Positions 47,045 through 56,725 of a stretch of 64,000 nt of DNA are shown here, piece by piece (the first letter of the stretch is position 1; each line of letters starts with the position of its first letter). The DNA lies in the NCBI GenBank assembly GCA_040879765.1, contig JBBDJQ010000002.1, positions 5 through 64,004 on the forward strand, written 5' to 3'. Position numbers and translations under genes: made by a program. The notes beneath the pieces are model-generated. The model made no database searches. It saw only the letters and a list, made by a program, of their open reading frames with translations, and was not told the origin of the DNA. Source of the DNA: Candidatus Pacearchaeota archaeon (GTDB lineage: Archaea > Nanobdellota > Nanobdellia > Pacearchaeales > GW2011-AR1).

Positions 47045-47389
47045 ATGAAAAAAGAGAAGGATAAAAGGGAACTGGATGAGGTTTATTCAAAATATAAAAA
47101 GTCTGTGAATATGACTTACTCTCAGATGAAAAAGTGGGCTGAGAATCCATTGTCAAGAAAAGCAAGTTTAACCAGAGGGCCTGTAAAACGAAATTTGCAT
47201 TTGTTGGAAACTCTCAAATCTAAGTGGGGAAGAAAAGAAATAAGGTGGGCAAAAAAGACGATTGCGTTCAACAGTAGAATGAAAAAGGTTGCAAAGGGAA
47301 AGCCTCTAAGCAAAGACATTCCGCTGAGCAAAAGAGACATTTCTTTAAGAAATTGGGCCTGGAATCCCAATAAGAATGTTGGGTTTTGA
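47045..47389 (+). CDS. basic hypothetical protein (114 aa)
   Basis: K/R-rich, no recognised motifs. Confidence 0.4.
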   Translation: MKKEKDKRELDEVYSKYKKSVNMTYSQMKKWAENPLSRKASLTRGPVKRNLHLLETLKSKWGRKEIRWAKKTIAFNSRMKKVAKGKPLSKDIPLSKRDISLRNWAWNPNKNVGF

Positions 47390-47436
47390 TGATAATCAAG
47401 AGTTAACTTTTAATATTATATTTCAATATATATTTT

Positions 47437-47673
47437 ATGAAGATAAAAGATCTTCCAGAACAAAATAGACCAAGAGAGCGTTTTTTGAAACATGGAAAAG
47501 AAGCTTTGAGTGATGCTGAGCTTATGGCAATAATTCTAAGGACTGGGACGGCGAAGGAAAATGTTATGGAAGTTTCTAATAAACTAATAAGTAAATTTGG
47601 ACTAACATTCAGAATCAATGGAGATAGTGTTTACTTAATCTCAATTGACCACAGAAAATCTGCTTACTATTAA
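47437..47673 (+). pseudogene. radC: RadC N-terminal (HhH) fragment, lacking the JAMM domain
   Basis: MKIKDLPEQNRPRERFLKHGKEALSDAELMAIILRTGT is the canonical RadC N-terminus. The ORF stops after 78 aa, where pgk starts on the opposite strand. Confidence 0.6.
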
Positions 47674-48812
47674 TTTTTTAATGCTTCCAACCCCTTCAAC
47701 TTTTCTCCTGCCAAATACCTAATCAATGCTCCGCCACTTAATGAAACATAACCTAATTTCTTTTTGTTTATACCGAATTTTTCTATTGCTGAAGAAATAG
47801 AACCCCCAGAAGCAACACAAAATGCTTTTGATTTTTCAATAGCTTTCAAAAGTTCCTTAGTTCCTTTTTCAAATTTTTTAGACTCAAACATGCCGGGTGC
47901 GCCTTTGATTAATATTGCCTTGGATTTTTTTATTTCTTTAGAATATTCTTCAATTGTTTTGACTCCAACATCTAAAATCTTCCGTTTTACAGGCAAATCA
48001 TTCAATGTAATTTCCTTCCTTCCCCTAAAATCAACGCCAAGGTCTTTAGGAATAACAAGATTTTTTTTTATCCTATTAATCTTAGAAGAAAGTTTTAATT
48101 CGTCCTTTGTCAAACCGTTTTCCTTGACTATTTCGTAACCTTTTAATTTAAGAGCTAATATGGATAATTTTCCAGTTGTAAGGACTTTTTGGTTTTTTAT
48201 TATGGGCAAAAGGTCTTCCGTCTTAACACCCCCAAATACAAACAAGGCATTTTTAATTTTACTCTTTAATTTTCTTATATTTTCAAACTCTTTTTCGAAA
48301 ACTCTTCCTATAAAACTCGGGAAAACCTTGGGTAAGGAAACTATTGAAGAATGGTTTCTATGAGAAACTGAGAATGCATCATTAACATAATAATCAATTC
48401 TAACTTCTTTAAAAAAATTAATAAAATCATTTTCTTTACTTGGAGATAATTCATCTTTTAGAAACCTGGTGTTTTCCAAAAGCAAGGCTTCGCCGTTTTT
48501 CAGTTCGTTTATTGCAACCCAAGCTTTCTTTCCCACAGTTTCATTCACAAACTTTACCTTTGTGTATTTGTTTAAAATTACACAATGAGATTTTAAACTT
48601 AAGCAATCTTCCTTTCCTAGAGTTCCTTGATGTGCAAGAATTATTACTTTGGCTTTTTTTCTTTTCAATTCCTTTATCGAAATCGAAGAGGCCTTAATTC
48701 TTGGAGATTCCAAAATCCTGCCTTTACTAATTTCAGAATTCAAATCAATTCTTAGAAGAATTTTTTTACCTCGGGCTTTTTTTAATGTGAGATAATCTAA
48801 GGATTTTATCAT
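47670..48812 (-). CDS. pgk: phosphoglycerate kinase
   Basis: 380 aa. N-terminal substrate basic patch and C-terminal nucleotide-binding glycines. Confidence 0.75.
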   Translation of the reverse strand: MIKSLDYLTLKKARGKKILLRIDLNSEISKGRILESPRIKASSISIKELKRKKAKVIILAHQGTLGKEDCLSLKSHCVILNKYTKVKFVNETVGKKAWVAINELKNGEALLLENTRFLKDELSPSKENDFINFFKEVRIDYYVNDAFSVSHRNHSSIVSLPKVFPSFIGRVFEKEFENIRKLKSKIKNALFVFGGVKTEDLLPIIKNQKVLTTGKLSILALKLKGYEIVKENGLTKDELKLSSKINRIKKNLVIPKDLGVDFRGRKEITLNDLPVKRKILDVGVKTIEEYSKEIKKSKAILIKGAPGMFESKKFEKGTKELLKAIEKSKAFCVASGGSISSAIEKFGINKKKLGYVSLSGGALIRYLAGEKLKGLEALKN

Positions 48813-48813
48813 C

Positions 48814-49806
48814 TTACTTTTTAGAAATCAATTTTACTAAATCGGCGACTCTACAAGAATAGCCTTGCTCATTATCATACCATGCAAGAATTTTTACAAG
48901 ATTACCCTCTACCTTTGTCATCTTTGAATCAATTATAGCCGAATGTGGATTTCCCAAAACATCACTTGAAACCAAATCATCTGTCGAATATTCAATTATT
49001 CTTTTCATTTTTCCTTTTGACGCTTTTTTCAAAACATCATTTACTTTCTTTATTGAAGCTGGTTTTTTTACTTCTATAACAAAATCAATTATGGAACCAT
49101 CTGGTAAGGGAGCACGTATTGCAGAGCCATCAAGCTTCCCTTTTAGTCTAGGTAAAACTTCTGCAACTGATTTTGCAGCCCCTGTTGTTGTTGGAACTAA
49201 ATTAACTGCTGCTGCTCTTCCCCTCCTAGGGTCTTTTTCATTTGAAGAATCAACTAGACTTTGGCTTGAAGTATATCCATGAACTGTTGAAAGTAGAGCG
49301 AATCTTATTCCAAAAGTCTCATCAATTATTTTTGCAACAACAGCAGAACAATTAGTTGTGCACGAAGCAACTGAAATTATTTTATGAGTTTTTTTCAAAT
49401 CTTTATCATTAACCCCGGGGACAATTGTGACATCAGACTTGTCTTTCATAGGTGCTGTAACAATCACTTTTTTAGCTCCAGAGTAAATGTGTTTCATTGC
49501 ATCTTTCTTTGTTCTAAAAGCCCCTGTGCTTTCAATAACTAAATCAATTTTGAGCCTTTTCCAGGGAAGTTTTTCAGGATTCCTCTCTCCAATAATTAGA
49601 ATCTTTTTTCCATTAACATAAATATGTCCGTCCTTGGTTTTCACTCTTCCCTTAAATTTCCCATAAACAGAATCGTATTTTATTATATACTCTGTATTTT
49701 TTATTCCATGAACATCATTTATTGCTACGACATCTATTTTCTTAGTTAGGGCTGCTCGCAAAACGCTCTCCCCAATCCTTCCAAAACCATTTATTGCTAT
49801 TCTCAT
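48814..49806 (-). CDS. gap: glyceraldehyde-3-phosphate dehydrogenase, type I (bacterial/eukaryotic type)
   Basis: INGFGRIG and ASCTTNC active site. Confidence 0.85.
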   Translation of the reverse strand: MRIAINGFGRIGESVLRAALTKKIDVVAINDVHGIKNTEYIIKYDSVYGKFKGRVKTKDGHIYVNGKKILIIGERNPEKLPWKRLKIDLVIESTGAFRTKKDAMKHIYSGAKKVIVTAPMKDKSDVTIVPGVNDKDLKKTHKIISVASCTTNCSAVVAKIIDETFGIRFALLSTVHGYTSSQSLVDSSNEKDPRRGRAAAVNLVPTTTGAAKSVAEVLPRLKGKLDGSAIRAPLPDGSIIDFVIEVKKPASIKKVNDVLKKASKGKMKRIIEYSTDDLVSSDVLGNPHSAIIDSKMTKVEGNLVKILAWYDNEQGYSCRVADLVKLISKK

Positions 49807-49867
49807 TTAAACCTCTTTTAAAAACAAACAACTGAACTTTTATAAATTTTATATTCCACCCTAAAAC

Positions 49868-50488
49868 ATGAAAAAAGAGGTTGTGCCTGCGCTTATTGCT
49901 AAAAACAAGAAAGAATTAGAAAAAAGATTTAAAGTTGTTAAAAAAAGTTTCAAGACAATTCATTTAGATTTCATGGATGGAAAGTTTGTAAAAAATAAAT
50001 CTTTGATGTTTTCTTTTAAATTGCCTAAAAAAGATTTTAGATATAGAGCCCATTTAATGGTTTCTAATCCAGAAGCTTGGATAAAAAAGAATTCTAAATT
50101 TGTTGATTCGATCATATTTCATCATGAATCTGTGAAAAATCCTGAAGAAGTCATAAAGCTAATTAGAAAAAAGAAAAAGAAGGTTGGAATTGCTATAAAC
50201 CCAAAAACAAAGGTTGAGAAAATTTCATCTCTCTTAAAAAAAGTTGATTTTATTTTAATTATGACTGTGAATCCTGGAAAATATGGTAGCAAATTTCAGA
50301 AAGCTCCATTAGCTAAGATAAGAGATATCAGGAAGATAAAATCAAAGATGAAAATTATTATTGATGGAGGGATGAATCCTAAAACCATAAAGATTGCCCG
50401 TAAAAAAGGGGCAAATAGTTTTGTTGTTGGATCATGTATTCAAAAAGCTAAAAATCCTGAAGAAGTCATAAAGAAACTAAAGCAATAG
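49868..50488 (+). CDS. rpe: ribulose-phosphate 3-epimerase
   Basis: HLDFMDGKFV, HLMV and DGG motifs. Confidence 0.7.
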   Translation: MKKEVVPALIAKNKKELEKRFKVVKKSFKTIHLDFMDGKFVKNKSLMFSFKLPKKDFRYRAHLMVSNPEAWIKKNSKFVDSIIFHHESVKNPEEVIKLIRKKKKKVGIAINPKTKVEKISSLLKKVDFILIMTVNPGKYGSKFQKAPLAKIRDIRKIKSKMKIIIDGGMNPKTIKIARKKGANSFVVGSCIQKAKNPEEVIKKLKQ

Positions 50489-50518
50489 ATTTTAATATTC
50501 TCAATTTTTTGGTTTTCT

Positions 50519-50884
50519 ATGAAGAAGCTTATGCCTCAGGAAGTTGAAGTTTGGTATTTAATTCCTGCAATAAGAAGGGAATTTTCTAATATTTTTACAA
50601 AAGATTATAATTTAAATCAAAAGGAAACTGCTAAGATTTTGGGTATAACTGAATCTGCAGTTTCACAATACTTAAAATCTAGCAGGGGAAGTAAGGCTAA
50701 TTTTTCAATTGAAGATAAAAATAAGATAAAAATTTCTGCAGAAAAAGTAATAAATGGGAAAAAAGACTTTATGAAAGTGCTTTATAATTTATGTTTAGAT
50801 TTAAGGAAGTCTAGGACAATCTGTACAATTCATAAAAACCAAGACAAATCAGTTCCAAAAGATTGTGATATTTGTTTTGGCTAA
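50519..50884 (+). CDS. putative HTH transcriptional regulator with C-terminal Cys motif
   Basis: HTH segment ETAKILGITESAVSQYLK. C-terminal C...C-x2-C. Confidence 0.45.
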   Translation: MKKLMPQEVEVWYLIPAIRREFSNIFTKDYNLNQKETAKILGITESAVSQYLKSSRGSKANFSIEDKNKIKISAEKVINGKKDFMKVLYNLCLDLRKSRTICTIHKNQDKSVPKDCDICFG

Positions 50885-50948
50885 ATATTTAAGTTGTCAA
50901 AATCTTTGATTTTGGGACGCAGGATAGAAAATCCGCAGGGGTTTTCAA

Positions 50949-51067
50949 GCGTGGTTAGTTTAGTGGTAGAACAGGACGTTGCCAATACCAGTTTTTTAAA
51001 AAAAGTCGGCGCTCAAAAAGAGCAAAGCAAAAACGTTCAAACGCGGGTTCGATTCCCGCATCGCGCA
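50949..51067 (+). tRNA. tRNA-Gly (anticodon GCC) with an approximately 48-nt intron at or near the canonical 37/38 position
   Basis: Acceptor GCGTGGT/ATCGCGC, D-arm GTTT-AGTGGTA-GAAC, anticodon stem GGACG...CGTTC (the 3' half lies after the intron), loop TTGCCAA, T-arm GCGGGTTCGATTCCCGC, T-tract afterwards. Confidence 0.6.
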
Positions 51068-51069
51068 TT

Positions 51070-51462
51070 TTAGAATTTCCTGCCTATTGTAATAGGAGAA
51101 CCATGATACCTTGGCTTCTCTTCGCAATTTGGACAATATGGAACAACCTCATACTCACATCTTCCCGATCCAGAAAGGGGAAAGGGACCATCATGAATTG
51201 GGTGGGCCACTTTCGCTCCTTCTACATCCACACCACAATCAACACAAGAATAGGTTACATTTTGATAATCTTGCTCATCAGACGTAGCTATATAGACAAC
51301 TGAACCTTTCATATTTTTCATAGTCAAATTCCCTTTATCGTCTCTTGAAAATTCTGGTATAAAAGCCCTCCAAGATTCTCCTCTTAAAACTTCCCTATTT
51401 CCTTCGTTTATCTCGCTTAGTTCTTCCAAAGTTTTTAAAGCCATTATCCTTTCTTTAGTCAA
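51070..51462 (-). CDS. Cys-rich hypothetical protein (possible zinc-binding Mss4/MsrB-like fold)
   Basis: C-x2-C...H..HDGP.P...GRCE...CPNC. Only weak resemblance to the MsrB motif. Confidence 0.3.
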   Translation of the reverse strand: MTKERIMALKTLEELSEINEGNREVLRGESWRAFIPEFSRDDKGNLTMKNMKGSVVYIATSDEQDYQNVTYSCVDCGVDVEGAKVAHPIHDGPFPLSGSGRCEYEVVPYCPNCEEKPRYHGSPITIGRKF

Positions 51463-51482
51463 TTCTTTTTAAATTTCATCAT

Positions 51483-53090
51483 TCAATAATCATCCATGCT
51501 TATTGGCATTCCACCTTGTTTTGCTGAAGCATTGCCTGATGAAGCAATAACATCATCAATTCTCAAAATCATTGTCGCAACATCTGTAGAAGAATTTATT
51601 GCCTGTGATTTTATTTTCAAGGGTTCGAGGATTCTTGCCTGAAGTGTGTTTTCAATTTTATTTGTAAATAAATTTAATCCCGCATTTGTTTCTCCTGAAT
51701 CATGTCTCGATTTTAATTCTGTCAGAACATCTATTGGGTCTAATCCCGCATTCTCTGCAAGAGTTATTGGTATGAATTCTAAAGCTGAAGCAAATTCATC
51801 TACTGCTAATTGTTCTCTTCCCGTTAGTGATTGTCCGAATTCTCTCAGCCTTCTTGATAATTCAATTTCAACTGCCCCTCCTCCAGGAACAATCAATCCA
51901 GATTTAAGAGCACAAGAAACATCCCCCAAACCATCTTTCAAAGCCCTTTCAATTTCATCTATCACATGCTCTGTTCCCCCGTGAATTAAAATTGTCAATG
52001 CCTTAGGATTTTCGCAGCCACGAACATAAGTTAATTTATCATTCCCATGCCTTACTTGTTCAACCGTTTCTGCATTTCCTAATTCTCTTTCTGTTAATTC
52101 ATTCAAATTGCTCACAATTCTTCCGCTAGTTGCTTTTGAAATTTTTTCTAAATCATTTCTAGAAACTCTTCGGCAAGCATAAATTCCTGATCTTGAAAGA
52201 AGATATTGTGCAAAATCATCTATTCCTTTTTGACAGAAAACAACATTTGCTCCTGAAGAAATAATTTTTTCTATCATAACTTTTATGTCCCTTTCTTCTT
52301 GTTCTATGAAACTTTGCAATTGGTCTGGAGAAGAAATTGAAATTTTTGTATCAATTTCTGGGCTCTTTAATTCAAGAGGAAAATCAATAAGGCAAATTTT
52401 TGCTCCTTCAACTTTAGAAGGCATATCTTGTGAAACTTTCTCTTTATCAAAAACAATTCCAGGAATTAATTCAGTGTCTTCCATTCCATCTGATTTTGAC
52501 TTTTCTATTTTTATGTCTGAAAGATTTATGTCTCCTGAATCTTCAATTTGCCTTATTGCATCAACAATTATATCTGCAAATTTTTCTTTTGAACCTTCAG
52601 CGCCTTTTCCAGTCATTGCAGTCATAGCAATCTGTCTTAAAACTTCTCTATCTTCAGAAGTTATTTTTAAAGCAATTTCCTTTAAGATTTCTTGAGCTTT
52701 TTCAGCTGCGAGTCTATACCCTTTTGTTATAACGGTTGGATGAATTTTTTTATCCAAAAGAGTTTCGGCATTTTCCAAAAGTTTTCCTGCAATCATTACT
52801 GCAGTGGTGGTTCCATCTCCAACTTCTGTCTCTTGAGTTTTAGCAATCTCCACCATCATCTTTGCAGCTGGATGTTCTATCTGCATTTCATTAAGAATCG
52901 TAACTCCATCATTTGTAACAATTATTTCATTGGTCGGAGAAACAAGCAACTTATCCATCCCTTTTGGACCGAGGGTTGTTTTAACAATTTCAGAAACCAT
53001 TTTTGCAGCTGCAATATTATTTCTCTGGGCATCCTTCCCCATAATTCTTTGGACGTCTTCAGGCATTAGTACAATTGGTTTATCTGACAT
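51483..53090 (-). CDS. thsA: thermosome subunit (group II chaperonin)
   Basis: GDGTTT ATP-binding motif and the other GroEL/CCT family signatures. 535 aa. Confidence 0.9.
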   Translation of the reverse strand: MSDKPIVLMPEDVQRIMGKDAQRNNIAAAKMVSEIVKTTLGPKGMDKLLVSPTNEIIVTNDGVTILNEMQIEHPAAKMMVEIAKTQETEVGDGTTTAVMIAGKLLENAETLLDKKIHPTVITKGYRLAAEKAQEILKEIALKITSEDREVLRQIAMTAMTGKGAEGSKEKFADIIVDAIRQIEDSGDINLSDIKIEKSKSDGMEDTELIPGIVFDKEKVSQDMPSKVEGAKICLIDFPLELKSPEIDTKISISSPDQLQSFIEQEERDIKVMIEKIISSGANVVFCQKGIDDFAQYLLSRSGIYACRRVSRNDLEKISKATSGRIVSNLNELTERELGNAETVEQVRHGNDKLTYVRGCENPKALTILIHGGTEHVIDEIERALKDGLGDVSCALKSGLIVPGGGAVEIELSRRLREFGQSLTGREQLAVDEFASALEFIPITLAENAGLDPIDVLTELKSRHDSGETNAGLNLFTNKIENTLQARILEPLKIKSQAINSSTDVATMILRIDDVIASSGNASAKQGGMPISMDDY

Positions 53091-53203
53091 ATCAATAAAT
53101 CACGGCTCTGTTTTTTAAAGATTATTGTTATTGAAAGCATTGAAACTCTCGAGGGGTAAAGCATTATAGGAACATTATTAAGTATGGCCTTTTTACTCAG
53201 GAC

Positions 53204-53767
53204 ATGAGTAAAATAATGGTTTCGGATATAATGGGAAGAGATTTAGTGACTGTCCATCCAGATACTAATTTGGTAGAATGCGCTAAAAAAATAGTTAGGA
53301 AAAGGACTAAAAGTTTGATAATTGCTGAAGGTAAGAAATTAAGAGGATTTATTTCCCCAAAAGATATTCTTTGGGCATTCATAAAAAAGCATGATGGAGA
53401 TTTGTCAAAAGTAAAAGCCATAGATATTTCTCCTAAAAAGATAGTTACTCTTAAACCATCTAATGATATTGAAGAAGTTATAAAAAAAATTAAGCAAACA
53501 AAATTTGAGAGATTTCCGGTTGTTGAAAATGATGAACTAGTGGGGGTTTTGACCATAAAGGATATTTTAAATTATAAGCCAGAACTTTATCCTGAATTTG
53601 AAGAACTAGAAAAAATAAAGGATGAAGAAGAAAAAATAAAAAGAATTGAAGAAGAAAAAGCAGGAAAATTAGGAAATGAAGGAATTTGTGAAGAATGTGG
53701 AAATCAAGATTTATTAGTTAAATATGATGGAATGATGATTTGTGGGTCTTGCAGAGAATCGTCTTAA
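53204..53767 (+). CDS. CBS-domain pair protein with C-terminal Zn ribbon
   Basis: Two CBS motifs. CEECG...CGSC. Confidence 0.65.
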   Translation: MSKIMVSDIMGRDLVTVHPDTNLVECAKKIVRKRTKSLIIAEGKKLRGFISPKDILWAFIKKHDGDLSKVKAIDISPKKIVTLKPSNDIEEVIKKIKQTKFERFPVVENDELVGVLTIKDILNYKPELYPEFEELEKIKDEEEKIKRIEEEKAGKLGNEGICEECGNQDLLVKYDGMMICGSCRESS

Positions 53768-54360
53768 GAATAGACGATTTTGCCCTTTCCTTCCTTAGAA
53801 GATACATTGGATTCAGAAGAATTTATTCTTTTGAAGGTTGAAGAAGTACTCATATAATCCTCATTTCTTGGTACACTTCCAAAAACAACATCATAGCCTA
53901 AAGTTTTTCTTATAGCTTCTTTTTCAGCTTCACCATACCCTTTATCCCCAGTCACCAAAACTTCTGGCCTTAAAATTTTTGCAACTTCTAGAGTAGGGCT
54001 ATTTTCTATAGCTAGATGAACAGTGGAGTAATCAACCGATGCAAGCATGGCTATCCCTCTTGCCCTTCTTTCTTGTTCAAATACTGGGCTTCCAGGTCTT
54101 TTCTTTGCCTTTACTCTTTCATCGTTTCTAACATTAACTATGAGTGAAACCCTATCATCTAAAGATTCCTCATTTTCTAATCCAAGACTATTTACTAAAT
54201 ATATTACTCCATTTGACCTACAAGATTTTAAAAAATAATCATGCCCATCTGTAACCATATCAAAAGTGCCACCAGTAAGAACTAAAACTTTGTTTTTTTC
54301 ACGCTCTTCATTCGCGATTTTCTCTAAATTTGATTCGCTAAAAGGTATGTATTCTCCCAT
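53764..54360 (-). CDS. cytidylyltransferase-like nucleotidyltransferase (HxGH class)
   Basis: LTGGTFDMVTDGH (HIGH-type) motif. 198 aa. Confidence 0.5.
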   Translation of the reverse strand: MGEYIPFSESNLEKIANEEREKNKVLVLTGGTFDMVTDGHDYFLKSCRSNGVIYLVNSLGLENEESLDDRVSLIVNVRNDERVKAKKRPGSPVFEQERRARGIAMLASVDYSTVHLAIENSPTLEVAKILRPEVLVTGDKGYGEAEKEAIRKTLGYDVVFGSVPRNEDYMSTSSTFKRINSSESNVSSKEGKGKIVYS

Positions 54361-54456
54361 TTTGCCTTAGCCTCGGGAGATATTTTGGATATATAAAGCT
54401 TCCCTTAGTAGTTTAGTTAAGTATTTAAAGAAGATTTTATTTTTGATAAAAAGAGA

Positions 54457-54963
54457 ATGGCAGAAAAAGAATCCTTATTTTCAAGTCAATTGAAGTATGT
54501 TGGAATTGTTTCGTTTAAAGATTTTTATCAGTTTTGCTATGATTGGTTGACTGAAGAAGTTGGTTTAGAGATTGCTGAAGAAAAATATGTTGAAAAGATA
54601 AAGGGGGATGGGAAAGATTTGGAGATAAAATGGGTTGGGAAAAAAGAGATTACCGATTATTTTAGATTTGATGTAAAGGTTTCTTTCAAAGTTTATGGTT
54701 TGCAAAAAGTTGAAGTAACTGAAGGTGCTGCAAAGGTTCAAACAAACAGAGGAGATTTAAGGATTAAAATTGAGGGAATAATTATTAGAGATTATAAAGG
54801 TAAATTTGAGACAACTGCTTTTAACAAATTTTTAAGGTCAATTTATGAAAAATGGGTTATTCCTTCAAGAATAGAAGAAATAAAGGCTAAAATAGTTGAA
54901 GATTCAGATGATTTTTTAGCTCAGGCAAAATCCTATTTAGATTTGGAAGGTAAGAAAGGTTAA
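54457..54963 (+). CDS. hypothetical protein (168 aa)
   Basis: ORF with protein-like composition. Confidence 0.4.
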   Translation: MAEKESLFSSQLKYVGIVSFKDFYQFCYDWLTEEVGLEIAEEKYVEKIKGDGKDLEIKWVGKKEITDYFRFDVKVSFKVYGLQKVEVTEGAAKVQTNRGDLRIKIEGIIIRDYKGKFETTAFNKFLRSIYEKWVIPSRIEEIKAKIVEDSDDFLAQAKSYLDLEGKKG

Positions 54964-54974
54964 TTATTGTTGGT

Positions 54975-55335
54975 CTTGGCTTCGATGAATTGTATAAATC
55001 AGTCCTAAAGTAGTTTTGTAGTTTTCTGAGTCATCTTCAGGATAAGGGCTGCTAAGCGTGCTTTCAGAAAAACTCTTCTTTAGACTCTCTTTCTTCCAGA
55101 GCTGGCAAATTTCGACACAAAGCTTCAGTAGGACTTATTATACCGCAGCAAGCTTCCCTTGCAAAATAAGCACTTTCCTCAGCTTCAAGATAGCCTTCCG
55201 AGAAAACTCTTTTAGGGTCAGAATGCGAACCTGTTTTTTCCCTTCTTTCATAAAAGATTTTATATATATTCTGGATTTAAATAATTAATTGAAATAAAAT
55301 CCCAACAAAACTTTTAAACTGCCTTTATCTAAAAT
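54975..55335. ncRNA. candidate structured non-coding RNA (GC-richer gap with no credible ORF; strand and identity undetermined)
   Basis: GC content is visibly higher than the flanks. The only ORF here (55058..55288) translates to low-complexity junk. The minus strand contains GAGGAAAGUGC, resembling RNase P CR-I. Confidence 0.3.
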
Positions 55336-55339
55336 TAGA

Positions 55340-56725
55340 ATGAAAAAAGAGATTTTCTTTATGATCCTGGTTATGTTGGTTTTTCCAACTCTGTCTGCAA
55401 TAAGTTTGAATGTTGAAGAGCAAGATTCATATCCAGTCATGATTCCTGAAACAAATAAGCCAGCAGAGTTTAATCTTCTTATAACAAATCTTGGACCGCT
55501 GGATAATTTAGAATTTTATAATCTTCTAGGATTTAGTATGTCTCCAAAAGGAACCATTAATTTCGATATGGGTGAAAGTAAGCTAGTTCCTATAACTATT
55601 TATCCAAGAGAAGATTTGGAGCAAAGAGGATTTTATAATTTTGGTTATTATATACGGTCCATTGATGGTACCGAAATTCAGAAAGAATTAACTTTCAAAA
55701 TAATTGATTTGGAAGATGCTTTTGAAGTTGGTTCTGGAGAAATTGACCCTGAGTCAAATCTTATGGAAGTTTATATTCATAATAGGGAAAACACAAGATT
55801 TGAGGAGATGACTACTAAATTTAATTCTTCTTTTTTTAAATTTGAAGAGACTTTTACCCTAGGACCAAATCAAAGAAAAGACTTCAATGTTACTTTAAAT
55901 AAAGAAGATTTCAAAAAATTAATTGCAGGATCTTATACTTTTGGGGTTGAAGTTCAAGTAGATGGAGGCTCAACAAGAATAGAGGGAGCAATAGAATTTG
56001 TTGAGAAAAATATTTTAACAACACAGGAAAATTATTTTGGAGGGGTTGTTAATACAGAGATAATACAAAAAAAGAATGAAGGAAATGTTTTGGCTTCTAC
56101 AGAAACCGTTATTAGAAAAAATATAATTTCTAGACTATTTACTACATTTAACCCTGAACCAGATATGGTTGATAGACAGAATGTTTTTGTTTATTACACT
56201 TGGAATCAGAACATTCCTCCTGGAGAAATTTTAACAATAACTGTTAAAACAAACTGGTTTTTCCCATTCATAATAATTATTTTGGTGGGAATTATTTTGG
56301 GTTTGGTAAAACAATATAAGAAAACTGATTTAATTTTGCGAAAGAGAGCAACTTTCGTAAAAGCTAAAGGAGGAGAATTTGCCCTAAAAGTTTCTATGAC
56401 AATTCATGCAAAAACAGATATGGATAGAATTGAGATAATTGATAGACTGCCAACTCTTGTAAAAGTCTATGAGAAATTCGGGAATGAAACTCCTAGAAGA
56501 GTTAGCGAAAAACATAGGAGAATTGAATGGGATTTTAATTCCCTATCTGCAGGAGAAACCAGAGTTGTTTCATATATAATTTATTCTAAAATCGGGGTTT
56601 TAGGGAAGTTTGTTCTTCCAGCAGCAACAGGAATTTTTGAAAAAAATGGGAAAATTCATGAGTCTCAATCCAACCAAACATTCTTTATAGCTGAACAAAA
56701 AAAAGGTGAAGAAGAATTCAATTAA
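55340..56725 (+). CDS. type I membrane protein with large extracellular domain (signal peptide, TM near residue 310, cytoplasmic tail)
   Basis: Signal peptide. Hydrophobic helix WFFPFIIIILVGIILGLV. Confidence 0.5.
   Translation: MKKEIFFMILVMLVFPTLSAISLNVEEQDSYPVMIPETNKPAEFNLLITNLGPLDNLEFYNLLGFSMSPKGTINFDMGESKLVPITIYPREDLEQRGFYNFGYYIRSIDGTEIQKELTFKIIDLEDAFEVGSGEIDPESNLMEVYIHNRENTRFEEMTTKFNSSFFKFEETFTLGPNQRKDFNVTLNKEDFKKLIAGSYTFGVEVQVDGGSTRIEGAIEFVEKNILTTQENYFGGVVNTEIIQKKNEGNVLASTETVIRKNIISRLFTTFNPEPDMVDRQNVFVYYTWNQNIPPGEILTITVKTNWFFPFIIIILVGIILGLVKQYKKTDLILRKRATFVKAKGGEFALKVSMTIHAKTDMDRIEIIDRLPTLVKVYEKFGNETPRRVSEKHRRIEWDFNSLSAGETRVVSYIIYSKIGVLGKFVLPAATGIFEKNGKIHESQSNQTFFIAEQKKGEEEFN

Noticed and set aside
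46974-47165. 64-aa N-terminal extension of the TspO ORF
   Set aside because: TspO proteins are about 150-170 aa, and the extension is low-complexity. The internal Met gives the canonical five-TM protein.
55058-55288. 76-aa ORF in the GC-richer intergenic gap
   Set aside because: Its composition (S/F/R-rich) is junk-like and the elevated GC of the region points to an RNA gene instead.
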